A stretch of 30,958 bases of DNA, from NCBI GenBank assembly GCA_965205655.1, contig CBDBIJ010000071.1:1-30958 (forward strand), written 5' to 3'. The position numbers and the translations under genes are program-made. Below, piece after piece: positions 8,105 to 18,518 of this stretch. The stretch's first letter is position 1; the number at the start of each line of letters is the position of its first letter. Origin of the DNA: Candidatus Latescibacterota bacterium. GTDB lineage: Bacteria; Latescibacterota; UBA2968; UBA8231. Under the pieces are notes generated by a model. It was not told the DNA's origin. It did not search any database and saw nothing but the letters and a program-made list of their open reading frames with translations.

Positions 8105-11100
8105 TCGTGGGAGGTGGGAGATACAGCACGCCGATCAGTCTCGCCGGAGCCGCGCTCGTGCTCGGAGGCGGGTTGGCGTGGCTTCTGGAGGGTGAGTCGG
8201 GGTGGCTGCCGCCAGTCAACATCGCCGCGGGAGTCGCCACCGTTGTCGCCGCCGCCGTGATCAATCCGGATCTGTTCAGGCAGTACGGGCGCTGGATCAA
8301 CGCTTTCTGGGGCGGCATCATGATTCTGGCCATCGCCGTCATGGTGAATTTTCTCGCCGATCGGTATCAGACTCGCCTGGACGTGACGGCGGGACAGCTT
8401 CACAGCCTCGCCGATCTCACCGTGGAAACCCTGGAGGGGCTCGAAACCGAAGTCCGGGCTCTCGCCTTCATGGAAGCGGGCGAGAACGAAGCGCTACAGG
8501 GACTGCTCGAGCAATACGCCTCGCACACAGGCCGCTTCGACTTCGAGATCATCGATCTCGATCGAGACATCGATCGCGCTGTGAACGAGTACGGAATAAA
8601 AGCCTACAACACGCTCATCATCGAGTCGGGTGAGAATCGTCAGAAACTGACCGAACATACGGAGAAGGAGATCACGAACGCGGTTCTCAAAGTCGTGCGA
8701 GACAGGGAACAGCGTGTGTACTTCACCGTCGGTCACGGAGAGGGAGGTGTGGATGAGGGGGAGCAGACCTACAGTCGCCTGCGGGAGCGCCTGGAGGAGA
8801 TCGCCTACACCGTGGAGGATTCCCTTCTTCTCGTACGCGAAGGTGAAGTGCCCGACGACTGCTCAGCGCTCATAATCGCCGGGGCCACGTTCCCGTTTCT
8901 CGAGAATGAAGTGGAGGCTGTGCAACGGTATCTCCAGCGCGGCGGCGCGGTCTTGCTGCTCGTCGATCCACCGTATGAGACTGGTCTCGCCGGCTTGTTG
9001 CGGGAGTGGGGCGTCTCTCTCGGCGACGATTTCGTCATCGACACGAGCGGCATCGGATCCCTGTTCGGTCTTGATTTTACCATTCCAGTAGCTACCCGCT
9101 ATGACGGCGAGCACCCGATTGCGCGTAAACATCGAACCGGCGTCATGACATTTTTCGAGTTGGCCCGATCGGTGCGACTCGACGACAGCCTCCCGTCTTC
9201 TCTGAACGGGGCCGAATTGGTTCTGACGGGCGATCAAAGCTGGGCAGAAACCGACCTCTCGGTGCTGGGGCCCGGCAAGGGCCAGCGTACGGTAGCGCTC
9301 GACGAGGGGCTGGACCTGCCCGGCCCCGTAAGCCTCGGCGTCGCCGTTCAGGGGAACGCCGACACGAACGCCGGGGGGAGGCTTGTCGTTTTCGGCGATT
9401 CCGACTTCGCCACGAATCAGTATTTCGATCTCCAGGGCAACGGCGATCTGGTTCTCAACGCTGTCAGCTGGCTGGCCGACGACGAGGATCTCATCTCGAT
9501 CAGGCCGAAGGACGCAGGCTACAACCCGATCGCGCTCACCGAGCGCGAATCGGATTGGATCTTCTGGATATCGGTCGTCCTCTACCCTGCTGTGATCGCC
9601 TTCGTCGGCTTCGGAGTCGTATCGCGCAAGGGGCGCTGGAGCGGTAAAGACCTGGCCGCCGCCGGTCTCGGGATCCTTCTGTCGGCCGGCATTGTGGGTC
9701 TGGTCAATTTCGGGGGGGACCGCTACCACGTGCGCTACGATCTCACCGAGGAGGGCCTGTATACTCTACACCCGGACACGATTGATCTGCTCGAGACAGT
9801 CGATGAGAGCGATCGCTTTGTTGCCGTCAAGACCTTCATGGCCCGGGCCGAGGGTCTGCGATTCCAGGAGATCATGGACCTGTTCGGCAACGTCACGCGG
9901 AACTTCGAATACGAAATAGTGGATCCACAGAAGCGGGCGCTGGAGGTAAAGCAGCAGGGAATCCGGGAACGGGGTACCTCGGTGGTCGAGGTGACTGCGG
10001 AGGGCAAGGTGCGGTCGCAGCGCATCACCGAATTGACCGAGGAGGCTCTCAGCAACGCGATCCTGATGGCACTCAAGTCGGAGGAACAGAGCCTCACATT
10101 TGTAGGCGGACACGGCGAGGGACGTCTCACAGACGCCGACGGCGAGGGCTTCAGTATTCTGAACGGCCGCCTCAAGGAGATGGCTTTTCAGATCGAGGAG
10201 GGAGTCCGTCTCGACGATGAGGCTGAGCTGGCGGACGCCGAAATCGTGGCGATTCTGGCTCCGCGGTCCCCATTTAGCCAGGAGGAGGTCGAGGCCCTCG
10301 AGGCGCACCTCAAACGCGGCAAAGATGCTCTCCTCCTTCTCGATCCCGGTGTATCGACCGGGTTCGAATCGCTGCTCGAGGATGAGTACGGCGTCGATAT
10401 CGGCGATGATTTCATCGTCGACCTAAGCGGTATCGGGCAATTGCTCGGGACCGACCTATCGGTGCCCGTCGTTCTGAACTACGGCGACCACCCCATCGCT
10501 GAGAAAATCCCCACAGGCACGATGAGCTTCTTTCCCCTGGCCCGTTCAATATCCAGCGCCGACAACATCCCCGACGGTGCTCAGACGAAGGAACTGGCGT
10601 ACACCCATCGAAGCAGCTGGGCGGAAACCGATCTGTCTCCGCTGACCTCCACAGGAGGGAAGGTCGAATACGATCCCGAAGTCGATCGTTCGGGCCCGGT
10701 CTCTCTGGCCGTGGCCGTGACGGCCGATCCGGACTCGAGCGCACCGAGTGGAGAGAAGACGAGAATAATCGTCTTCGGCGACGCCGACTTCGCCCGCAAT
10801 CAGCATTTCGGCGAGCAGGCGAACGGTCAGCTGCTGGTAAGCGCCATCAAGTGGTTGGCAGAAGGAGAAGACAAGCTCTCGATTCCGCACAAGAGTCCCA
10901 AATTCAATCCGATCAACCTCATCGGCGATCAGGGCACAGCCATCCTCTGGCTGTCGGTGTTCGTCTTCCCCTTCGCCGTGGCGCTCTCTGGATTCGTGAT
11001 CATGTTGCGACGCGGTTACGAGACGTATTCGGCGGGTTTCGCAGCGTGGTTGATATACACCTTCCTGGGTGCGGCAGCGTTCTACTTTGCGCTGGGAGTT

Positions 11101-11367
11101 GTAGGTGTCAGTGAGGGAAGTATCCCCAGGGGTGAGGGGTTTCTCTTTCTGGCGTTGGCCAGTGCCGCCGTGGCCTACGGCCTGTATCGTCGCGACGCAT
11201 GGGGCTGGACTGCGGCGGTAGCGCTGGCCGTGGCCAATGTCGGCATCGGGTTCGTCGCCATTCCGCAAGAGACACTGCAGCTCGTGTACGCCGGCCTGTT
11301 CGTCGCAAATGCCTGCATTCTCGTATGGATAAAGAAGGACTTCGCGCCAATGAGTGGCAGGGAGTAG
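8101..11367 (+). CDS. GldG-family ABC auxiliary protein with two tandem GldG modules and extra C-terminal TM helices
   Basis: ATGA overlap with the permease gene. Repeated motifs: VNF..DRY..R.D.T, GHGE, GDDF..D.SGIG, SWAETDLS, GPVSL.VAV, VFGD.DFA.NQ.F, N..L...A..WLA. Confidence 0.88.
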   Translation: MIVGGGRYSTPISLAGAALVLGGGLAWLLEGESGWLPPVNIAAGVATVVAAAVINPDLFRQYGRWINAFWGGIMILAIAVMVNFLADRYQTRLDVTAGQLHSLADLTVETLEGLETEVRALAFMEAGENEALQGLLEQYASHTGRFDFEIIDLDRDIDRAVNEYGIKAYNTLIIESGENRQKLTEHTEKEITNAVLKVVRDREQRVYFTVGHGEGGVDEGEQTYSRLRERLEEIAYTVEDSLLLVREGEVPDDCSALIIAGATFPFLENEVEAVQRYLQRGGAVLLLVDPPYETGLAGLLREWGVSLGDDFVIDTSGIGSLFGLDFTIPVATRYDGEHPIARKHRTGVMTFFELARSVRLDDSLPSSLNGAELVLTGDQSWAETDLSVLGPGKGQRTVALDEGLDLPGPVSLGVAVQGNADTNAGGRLVVFGDSDFATNQYFDLQGNGDLVLNAVSWLADDEDLISIRPKDAGYNPIALTERESDWIFWISVVLYPAVIAFVGFGVVSRKGRWSGKDLAAAGLGILLSAGIVGLVNFGGDRYHVRYDLTEEGLYTLHPDTIDLLETVDESDRFVAVKTFMARAEGLRFQEIMDLFGNVTRNFEYEIVDPQKRALEVKQQGIRERGTSVVEVTAEGKVRSQRITELTEEALSNAILMALKSEEQSLTFVGGHGEGRLTDADGEGFSILNGRLKEMAFQIEEGVRLDDEAELADAEIVAILAPRSPFSQEEVEALEAHLKRGKDALLLLDPGVSTGFESLLEDEYGVDIGDDFIVDLSGIGQLLGTDLSVPVVLNYGDHPIAEKIPTGTMSFFPLARSISSADNIPDGAQTKELAYTHRSSWAETDLSPLTSTGGKVEYDPEVDRSGPVSLAVAVTADPDSSAPSGEKTRIIVFGDADFARNQHFGEQANGQLLVSAIKWLAEGEDKLSIPHKSPKFNPINLIGDQGTAILWLSVFVFPFAVALSGFVIMLRRGYETYSAGFAAWLIYTFLGAAAFYFALGVVGVSEGSIPRGEGFLFLALASAAVAYGLYRRDAWGWTAAVALAVANVGIGFVAIPQETLQLVYAGLFVANACILVWIKKDFAPMSGRE

Positions 11368-11380
11368 GGAGAGGGAATCG

Positions 11381-12871
11381 ATGCGCCTGAAGACGAACAT
11401 CGTCGTGAGTGTCCTTTTTCTCGCCCTCCTGGCGTTCGTCTACTTCTATGAGATCAAGGGTGGCGAAGAGAGACGAGAGCAGGCGCAGCGCTCAAAGCAG
11501 TTGCTCGATTTCAGCGACCACGAGGTCGCCCGGCTCACGATAGGCCACGGCGATTCCACGATCGTTGTCGAAAGGGCGCAAGATGACTGGAGGTTGATCG
11601 CCCCCGTGGTCTCGGCCGCTGACGAGAGTGCTGTGGAGCGCTATCTGCGTAACCTCCGCGAGACGGAGGTCGAGCGCGTCGTGGAGGACAGCGGCGCCGT
11701 TGCCGATGATCCCAGTCTGGTGGCGAAATACGGCCTCCAGTCCCCGCGGCTCGATGTACTACTCGAGCTCACAGAGGAGACGAATGACACCGTCAGGTTC
11801 GGGTCCGACAGCCCGACAGAGCGGTTTTCCTACGCGCAGCGCAGCGGCGCAAATCCGCAGATTTTCACGGTGCGCGCCTGGCGCCTCGACAACCTCGACA
11901 AAAGCGTGTTCGATCTGCGCGACAAGCAGGTACTGTCCTTCGACGAGGACGCGGTCCGCGAAATCCGCCTCACTCGCACCGGGGAAGAGGCCCCGGTCGT
12001 GCTCATCAGAAATGATGACGACGACTGGACGCTCAGTTCGCCCCTGAGAGCTGCAGCCGATCAGTCAGAGGTGGACGACATTCTGAACGCGCTCTCCGGC
12101 GAGACAGAGGAGTTCGTACACGAAGATCCCGACGCGGAGGACCTGGCCGAGTACGGCCTCGCGCCGGGAGAGGCGACGTCCGAGGTCGCTCTCCTCATCG
12201 GGGCGGACCGGGCAGAGAAGCGGTTGAGCGTGGGCCTCTGGTCCGGCGATACGGTAGGAGAATTCTTCGCCAAGGACGCCAGCAGGCCGCAGGTGTTTCT
12301 GATCGATTCTACGCTGACGCAGTCGCTGACCACACCACTGTTCGATCTGCGTGACAAGCGACCGTCTCGCATCGAAGACCGCGATATGGTCACCCGCGTG
12401 GCTTTGGAGAGGGAAGGGGCCGAGGTATTCGCGGCGGAGCGGGACTCGTCGGACTCCTGGGTGATCGTCTCTCCGGAGCCGCGCCAGGCAAAAGCGTGGA
12501 AGGTAAACGGGCTGCTCACCGACATCGACCAGATCGAAGCCGTGGAGTTCACCCTCGACGTGGTTGACGTCGCGGAACTGGATATGGAGTCGTACGGGCT
12601 TCTGGAGCCACGGCTCCGGGTTGTCTTTTCCGTAGAAGGTGCCGAGCGGGATGAGGAAGTCCGATTCGGGGATGAAGTGGACCGCGGTGTCTATTTCACC
12701 CGCCTGGGTGTTCCGGCGATTTATAGGGTGGACGTAGAATCCTTCGAAAACCTGAAACTGGAGCTCGAAGACGTCGCGCAAAAGGTGCCGGATCCGAAGC
12801 CCGACCCAGCCGAATCAGCTGACTCGCAGCCGACTGGCGTGAGCGGCTCCGCAAGCACCAGCGCGGGGTGA
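11381..12871 (+). CDS. DUF4340 domain protein (repeated domains, N-terminal anchor)
   Basis: N-terminal TM helix; three repeats of W.l.sP...A...V......YGL; FDLRDK twice; usual position after gldG-type genes. Confidence 0.8.
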   Translation: MRLKTNIVVSVLFLALLAFVYFYEIKGGEERREQAQRSKQLLDFSDHEVARLTIGHGDSTIVVERAQDDWRLIAPVVSAADESAVERYLRNLRETEVERVVEDSGAVADDPSLVAKYGLQSPRLDVLLELTEETNDTVRFGSDSPTERFSYAQRSGANPQIFTVRAWRLDNLDKSVFDLRDKQVLSFDEDAVREIRLTRTGEEAPVVLIRNDDDDWTLSSPLRAAADQSEVDDILNALSGETEEFVHEDPDAEDLAEYGLAPGEATSEVALLIGADRAEKRLSVGLWSGDTVGEFFAKDASRPQVFLIDSTLTQSLTTPLFDLRDKRPSRIEDRDMVTRVALEREGAEVFAAERDSSDSWVIVSPEPRQAKAWKVNGLLTDIDQIEAVEFTLDVVDVAELDMESYGLLEPRLRVVFSVEGAERDEEVRFGDEVDRGVYFTRLGVPAIYRVDVESFENLKLELEDVAQKVPDPKPDPAESADSQPTGVSGSASTSAG

Positions 12872-13902
12872 TGGGCGATTGCCGCATCAGACTTGCCCGA
12901 ATCCGCCCTTGCTGGAGTCTCAGCTGCACACTTATCTGCATCCACGCGAGCTGGGCCGCCGGGCAGGCGCCCAGCGTTGAAGGCTGGGTTGATTCAGCTG
13001 CAACGACTCTCGGACATCCGGTTGAGCTGACGCTGCGTCTGCGCTACGGCACCGACTACCGCCCCCTGTCCCCACCGCTTCTGACCTCACTTCCACTGGA
13101 CGGCGCCGTCGTAGAGGTGGATGCCGGCTCTCCCCGGCAGTCCGCAGACGGCACGATCGAATCTCTTCTGCGCTGGGACCTCCGCTTCTACCAGCTGGGA
13201 GAGGCAGAGCTGCCACCTGTGCCGGTTTCGTTCGTTGCTGGTGAGGGCGATACGCTCCGGCTTGTCTCCGACCCGATCGACATCGCCGTGGAGCCGGTCC
13301 GCGCCGAGGGCGAGACGGCGCTTCGGGATATCAAGCCACCGATCGTCCTTGCGGGGGGTATCCCCGTATGGCTGGCAGCGATTCTCGCCGCCCTCCTCGC
13401 CCTGGGCATCGCCACCCTCGTGCATCGGGTGTTCATCACACGAAGGAGCTCCGCGCAGGCGCCTGCAGCACCGCGGGCACCCGTGGATTACGTAAGGGAG
13501 TTCGCGCGGATCGCCGAGATGGACCTCGTGAACCGGGGGGCCTTGAAGCTCCACTACTCACTCCTCTCCGACACGATGCGACGGTTTCTCCAGGATCGAG
13601 TCGGCATCGACGCCCCGGAGCTCACGACGTGGGAGATTGCGGAGGCTGTCCCGGCGGTCCTCGATAAGGACGAATTGAGCTCGGTCGAACGGTTCCTGAG
13701 TGAGGCCGATCTGGTCAAGTTCGCGAAGGCATCGCCGCCGTCCCAGGATTCATTGCGGGTGCCGGATGTCGGCAAGCAGATCGTCCGGGATGTGGATGCG
13801 AGACTGAGGCGTTCGCCAGCAGCTGACAACGAGGGTCATGGACATGCGGAAACGTCCGTTGACCGTTCGACAACCGAGGCAGCCTCGCTCTCGGCGGAGT
13901 GA
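12871..13902 (+). CDS. Bat-operon-associated protein (Ig-like domain, TM helix, helical C-terminus)
   Basis: TGATG coupling; LRDIKPP before the TM helix; C-terminal LRRFL-like segment, ELTT.EI and ADLVKFAK, typical of the gene lying between DUF58 and batA. Confidence 0.7.
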   Translation: MGDCRIRLARIRPCWSLSCTLICIHASWAAGQAPSVEGWVDSAATTLGHPVELTLRLRYGTDYRPLSPPLLTSLPLDGAVVEVDAGSPRQSADGTIESLLRWDLRFYQLGEAELPPVPVSFVAGEGDTLRLVSDPIDIAVEPVRAEGETALRDIKPPIVLAGGIPVWLAAILAALLALGIATLVHRVFITRRSSAQAPAAPRAPVDYVREFARIAEMDLVNRGALKLHYSLLSDTMRRFLQDRVGIDAPELTTWEIAEAVPAVLDKDELSSVERFLSEADLVKFAKASPPSQDSLRVPDVGKQIVRDVDARLRRSPAADNEGHGHAETSVDRSTTEAASLSAE

Positions 13903-13915
13903 TCGGATGGGTGCG

Positions 13916-14881
13916 ATGCGGTTCGCAGACCCCCTCTGGCTGCTGGCATTTGTGGCCCTTCCCCTGCTGGTGTATCGCTACGTCATGGAAACGCGTCGCG
14001 ATCGGGGCAGCATGAGGTATTCCTCACTCGCCTTGCTCTCCGGTATCCCTGAGACCCTGTGGACGCGGCTGCGGCATGTGCTGCCGGCGCTGCGGCTCGC
14101 CGGCCTGGCCTGCCTCATCCTCGCAATGGCCCGCCCCCAGGCCGGCAAAGAGATCGTCGACCTGTCGGCGCAGGGAGTTGATATCATGTTGACGCTGGAT
14201 GTTTCGAGCAGCATGAGGGCGAAGGATCTCGGACGTGCGAATCGCCTGCAGGTGGCCAAGGACGTGGTGGCCGAGTTCATCGAAGGCAGGACGAGCGACC
14301 GCATCGGCATGGTCGTCTTCGCCGGTGTGAGCTACACCCAGTGCCCACTGACACTCGACTACGATATCCTGCTCAGCTTTCTGAAGGATATCCGAATCGC
14401 GGAGGATTCGTGGGACGGAACGGCCATCGGCATGGCTCTGATCAACGCCACCAATCGGCTGCGCGATTCCGATGCGGACAGCAAGGTCATCGTGCTGCTC
14501 ACCGACGGCGTCAACACGGCTGGCGAAATCGCTCCGACCACAGCGGCGGAGGCTGCTGCCGCTCTGGGCATCAGAGTTTACACTATCGGCGTCGGCCCTG
14601 AGCATACCACTCAAGGTCGCCGGCGCGGACGGGAATCATCCTTCGACGAGAGCATGCTAATGGACATCGCCGAGCGAACGGACGCGAACTACTACCACGC
14701 CACTAGCAAAGAAAAACTCGAGCAGATCTACAGCGAAATCGGCGAACTCGAGCGTACGGAAATCACGAGCGAGATTCACCTCGACTACTCGGAACGTTTT
14801 GCCTCTTTTGTGTGGCCGGGACTCGCTCTCCTGTTGCTGGAGTTCATTCTGGCAAACACCCGGTTCAGGCGGATTCCGTAG
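13916..14881 (+). CDS. batA: BatA-like vWA domain protein
   Basis: MRFADP...ILAMARPQ, MIDAS DVSSSM, DRIGMVVFAG, QCPLTLDY, GTAIG, LLTDGVN, YTIGVG, C-terminal RRIP. Confidence 0.88.
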   Translation: MRFADPLWLLAFVALPLLVYRYVMETRRDRGSMRYSSLALLSGIPETLWTRLRHVLPALRLAGLACLILAMARPQAGKEIVDLSAQGVDIMLTLDVSSSMRAKDLGRANRLQVAKDVVAEFIEGRTSDRIGMVVFAGVSYTQCPLTLDYDILLSFLKDIRIAEDSWDGTAIGMALINATNRLRDSDADSKVIVLLTDGVNTAGEIAPTTAAEAAAALGIRVYTIGVGPEHTTQGRRRGRESSFDESMLMDIAERTDANYYHATSKEKLEQIYSEIGELERTEITSEIHLDYSERFASFVWPGLALLLLEFILANTRFRRIP

Positions 14882-14911
14882 GTCGAGACCGAATGATGTT
14901 AGAGCTCGGAC

Positions 14912-15937
14912 ATGAGATTCGGCGCACCTGACAGTTTTTGGCTCCTCTTCGCCTTGCCGGCCCTGACCCTCTTCGCCGTTTGGGCTCTGGGAGCCAGGCG
15001 TAGCGCTACACGTCGCTTCGTCAGCCCCTCCATGTCGACCAGGCTCACCGGGCAGGTGAGCTATCCGCGGCAGCGCTGGAAGTATGCGCTCGTGCTGGTT
15101 GGAGTGGCCTTTCTCATCGCCGCGCTTACGGGTCCGCAGTTCGGCGCGGAGTTGACCATGGCGAAGAGGCGCGGCGTAGATGTGATCATCGCCCTCGATG
15201 TGTCTCGCAGCATGGCCGCAACGGACGTCAAGCCGAGCCGGCTGGAGCGGGCGCGTTTCCTCATCGGACAGCTCTTGGATCGCCTCGAAGGGGATCGCGT
15301 CGGACTCGTGCTTTTCGCCGGAAAGGCCTTTGTCCAGTGCCCCCTCACCCTCGACTACGGGGCCTTTCGCCTGCTTCTCTCCGGCGTAGACGGGGGCAGC
15401 ATCCCGGTGCAGGGTACGGCAATAGGAGAGGCCGTCGATCTGGCCATGAGCTCTTTCGACGAAGGTGAGCTGCAACACAAGGCGATCATCCTGTTTACCG
15501 ACGGCGAGGATCACGCCGGCGATCCGCGCGATCGGGCCGAGAAAGCGGCAGCTCAGGGAGTGCGCATCTTCGCGATCGGCATGGGGACGATCGATGGTGA
15601 GCTCATTCCGGTCAGCGACGAGGGCGGGAGCGCCCAGTACCACAAGGACCGCCAGGGGAATTACGTGAAGACGCGACTGGATGAGAGCACGCTCAGCGAG
15701 ATGGCCCTCGCCTCAAATGGCGCCTATTTCCGGGTCGGCGGGACCGGTGCAGAGATCGAAGGCGTATACGACCAAATCGCCAATATGGACCAGAAGGAGC
15801 TGGGATCGGAGCGGCTCGCCCGCTACGAGGAGAGGTATCAGATCCCGCTGGCCGTGGCCCTACTCTGCTTTGCAGCCGAGGCCGTGCTGTCAGACCGCCG
15901 CCGCCGAGTTCGTGAATGGAGAGGTCGCTTCGAATGA
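14912..15937 (+). CDS. batB: BatB-like vWA domain protein
   Basis: ALDVSRSMAATDVKPSRLERA, DRVGLVLFAG, PLTLDY, FTDGEDH, V.TRLDE..L; C-terminal TM helix. Confidence 0.88.
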   Translation: MRFGAPDSFWLLFALPALTLFAVWALGARRSATRRFVSPSMSTRLTGQVSYPRQRWKYALVLVGVAFLIAALTGPQFGAELTMAKRRGVDVIIALDVSRSMAATDVKPSRLERARFLIGQLLDRLEGDRVGLVLFAGKAFVQCPLTLDYGAFRLLLSGVDGGSIPVQGTAIGEAVDLAMSSFDEGELQHKAIILFTDGEDHAGDPRDRAEKAAAQGVRIFAIGMGTIDGELIPVSDEGGSAQYHKDRQGNYVKTRLDESTLSEMALASNGAYFRVGGTGAEIEGVYDQIANMDQKELGSERLARYEERYQIPLAVALLCFAAEAVLSDRRRRVREWRGRFE

Positions 15938-16716
15938 CGGTCAGGCCCACCGTTCTGTACGTCGTCGCAGCGGCTCTGGTCGCGCCAGGCCAGGTGCTGG
16001 CTACCACTGTGGGTGATGAGGCGGCGTCAACGAGTGCCGAGGCGCAGGAGGAGTACGAAGTTGGTAATTACGTCGACGCCCTGCGACTCTACCGCGACGC
16101 CCAGCTGGAAGACCCCGATTCCGGCGTTCTGCATTTTAACGTAGGAGACGCGCTTTACAAGACAGGCGATTATCAGACCGCACTGAATGAATTCCTGCGC
16201 TCGACAGGAGGCGAAGACGCCGACCTGCAGGCGCAGGCTTGGTACAACGCGGGCAATTCGCACTTCGAACTGCAACAGTACGCCGACGCAGCCAAAGCCT
16301 TCAAGGAAGCTCTGGCGCGCAGTCCGGACGACGCCGACGCCAAAGCGAATCTGGAGCTGGCGCTCCAGAAGCTCCAGGAGCAGCCCCAACAACAGCGAGA
16401 AGAAGGGGACGACCAACAGAAGTTGGACGACGAACAGAGGTCTGACGACCGGCAGTCGGACGATGGGGCTGAGCAAGAGCAGGAAGAGTCAACCTCACAG
16501 CAGCCGGAGGAAGGTGGCGAGGACGGCGAATCGAGCTCGAGCACGCCAGAGAACGAATCCGGCGGCGACGATGAGGGGACGGAGGCTGAGCCCGAGTCCA
16601 GGAGGATGAATCCAGAAGAGGCAGAGCAACTTCTCGAGGCCCTCAAGGAGGCCGAACTCGACGCTCAACACAGGCGATTTCGGATGAAACCGGGCAGGCA
16701 GGCAAAGGACTGGTGA
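15934..16716 (+). CDS. batC: BatC-like TPR protein
   Basis: Signal peptide, TPR repeats (FNVGDALYK, YNAGNSHF, DADAKANLELA), Q/E/D-rich linker, MNPEEAEQLLEAL...KDW terminus. Confidence 0.85.
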   Translation: MTVRPTVLYVVAAALVAPGQVLATTVGDEAASTSAEAQEEYEVGNYVDALRLYRDAQLEDPDSGVLHFNVGDALYKTGDYQTALNEFLRSTGGEDADLQAQAWYNAGNSHFELQQYADAAKAFKEALARSPDDADAKANLELALQKLQEQPQQQREEGDDQQKLDDEQRSDDRQSDDGAEQEQEESTSQQPEEGGEDGESSSSTPENESGGDDEGTEAEPESRRMNPEEAEQLLEALKEAELDAQHRRFRMKPGRQAKDW

Positions 16717-18518
16717 TGGGCCCATTCGGACTCGCTCTCTTCCTGCTCGTGGGATCGGCGTCCGAGTTGCGCGCCGAAGTCTCATTCGATGCCTCCGTAG
16801 ACCGAACCAGGGCCTCCACGCGGCAACCGATTCAGCTCAAATTGACAATAACTTCTGACGAGATCCTTCCGCACGTGCCGGCCCCCGTAATCGAGCTCAG
16901 CGGGTTCGACGTTCATGGGCCATCTGTCGGCACGGACATCGGGTTCGGCAGCGGAGCCACCAGCTTTTCGAGAGAGCTGACCTACACCTTGTACCCTCGT
17001 CGCGCCGGAAAATTCAGGATCGGCCCGGCGCGCATGGAATTCCAGGGGGAGATGTACGAAACAAGAGCGATCGACGTGGAGATCGTGAAGGCCCAACCGG
17101 GTGCCCGCCACCCCGGGAGGGCGGGCAGCGGGGAAGGTGGTTCGGAGACGATCGAGGATTATCTCTTCCTGCGCGTGGCCGCAGATCGATCAAACGCGTA
17201 TCTCGGTCAGCAAGTGACGGTGACCTACGACCTGCTCTATCGAACCCAGGTCCAGAATGTGGCCTTCGAGACCGTTCCCTCCTTCTCCGGCTTCTGGTTC
17301 AAGGATCTATTCGTCGCCAGCCGTCTCGATCCTCGTCGGGAGTTGATAGACGGCATCGCATTCAGCGCCACGCCTCTCAAGCACGTTGCCCTCTTCCCGA
17401 CGACGGCCGGGCGGCTTGAGGTAGAGCAATTCGCTATCTCGTGCAGTATTCCTAAGCGCGGCAGGCGACGCGGCGGCTTGTTCGACGCCTTTTCGCTGTT
17501 CGACCGATCTCAAACGCTGATCGTGCGCAGCGACCCGATAGCCATCGAAGTCTCTCCTCTGCCCGAGGCCGGGCGGCCAGCGGATTTCGGAGGGTCCGTG
17601 GGGTCTTACACGATCGATGTTTCGGCCCAGCCGAGCGAGGTCTCCATCGGCGATCCGGTCACCTTGAGACTCCAGATTGAAGGGAGCGGGAATATCCAGG
17701 CTGTGACTACCTCGCCGTTGGCGGCGATAGACGGCTTCCAGGTGTACGAACCGAAAAGAGTTGTGACGGAGCAGGTTCAGGGCCAGCGGTATGGCGGCAG
17801 CGTCACATTCGAGTACGTCCTCATACCTGAACGCGGCGGCCGCCTCGAGATTCCGGCAGCTCAGTTCTCCTACTTCGACCCCGAGGACCACCGCTACCGC
17901 ACGGCCCGGTCTGAGCTCGTGAGCATACACAGCCAAGGGGAGGTGGAGACGCAACCGACGGTGACATACGGGCTCACGAGAAAGGAAATCGAGGAGGTCG
18001 GAAGAGATATTCGACACATCAAGCCCCATGTCGGCGAGCTCAGTCTGGGCAATCGGTTTCTCCACGAGAGTCCCGGGTTCTGGGTCATCCAGGCTATCGC
18101 TCCTCTCGCCTATGCCGGACTGCTGGTCTATCACCGTCACCGGCGTCGTCTCGAGGGAGATAGGGCATATGCGCGACGCCGCGGCGCCAGGCAGCGAGCT
18201 GAACACCGTTTGATAAGGGCGAGGGAGCTTCTGGCTGAAGGAGACAGCTCGAACTTTTACGGACAAATCCACCAGGCCCTCCGAAGTTTCGTCGCCGACC
18301 ACGAAAATCTGGCCGAGGCCGGCCTGTCGAAGGATAGCTGTGCCGAAACGGTTGCTTCGTGGGGTGCGGATGACGCGACAATCAGGCAGCTCTCCGAGGT
18401 TCTTCTCGCCTGCGAGTTTGGACGCTACGCACCAGGCGCGGCCGACGCCTCGGAACTGGGTCGGATCCACGCCCGCGCCGAGGAGGTCATTTCCAACTTG
18501 AGGGAGCTTGCTCGATGA
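16716..18518 (+). CDS. batD: BatD-like protein
   Basis: ASVDR...repeated Ig-like BatD modules, F.GSVG.Y, IEGSGNI, FSYFDP, DIRHIK, TM helix, C-terminal RYAP. Confidence 0.85.
   Translation: MGPFGLALFLLVGSASELRAEVSFDASVDRTRASTRQPIQLKLTITSDEILPHVPAPVIELSGFDVHGPSVGTDIGFGSGATSFSRELTYTLYPRRAGKFRIGPARMEFQGEMYETRAIDVEIVKAQPGARHPGRAGSGEGGSETIEDYLFLRVAADRSNAYLGQQVTVTYDLLYRTQVQNVAFETVPSFSGFWFKDLFVASRLDPRRELIDGIAFSATPLKHVALFPTTAGRLEVEQFAISCSIPKRGRRRGGLFDAFSLFDRSQTLIVRSDPIAIEVSPLPEAGRPADFGGSVGSYTIDVSAQPSEVSIGDPVTLRLQIEGSGNIQAVTTSPLAAIDGFQVYEPKRVVTEQVQGQRYGGSVTFEYVLIPERGGRLEIPAAQFSYFDPEDHRYRTARSELVSIHSQGEVETQPTVTYGLTRKEIEEVGRDIRHIKPHVGELSLGNRFLHESPGFWVIQAIAPLAYAGLLVYHRHRRRLEGDRAYARRRGARQRAEHRLIRARELLAEGDSSNFYGQIHQALRSFVADHENLAEAGLSKDSCAETVASWGADDATIRQLSEVLLACEFGRYAPGAADASELGRIHARAEEVISNLRELAR

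Noticed and set aside
16380..16600. Low-complexity Q/E/D-encoding stretch as a DNA repeat
   Set aside because: It is the normal acidic linker of BatC-type proteins.
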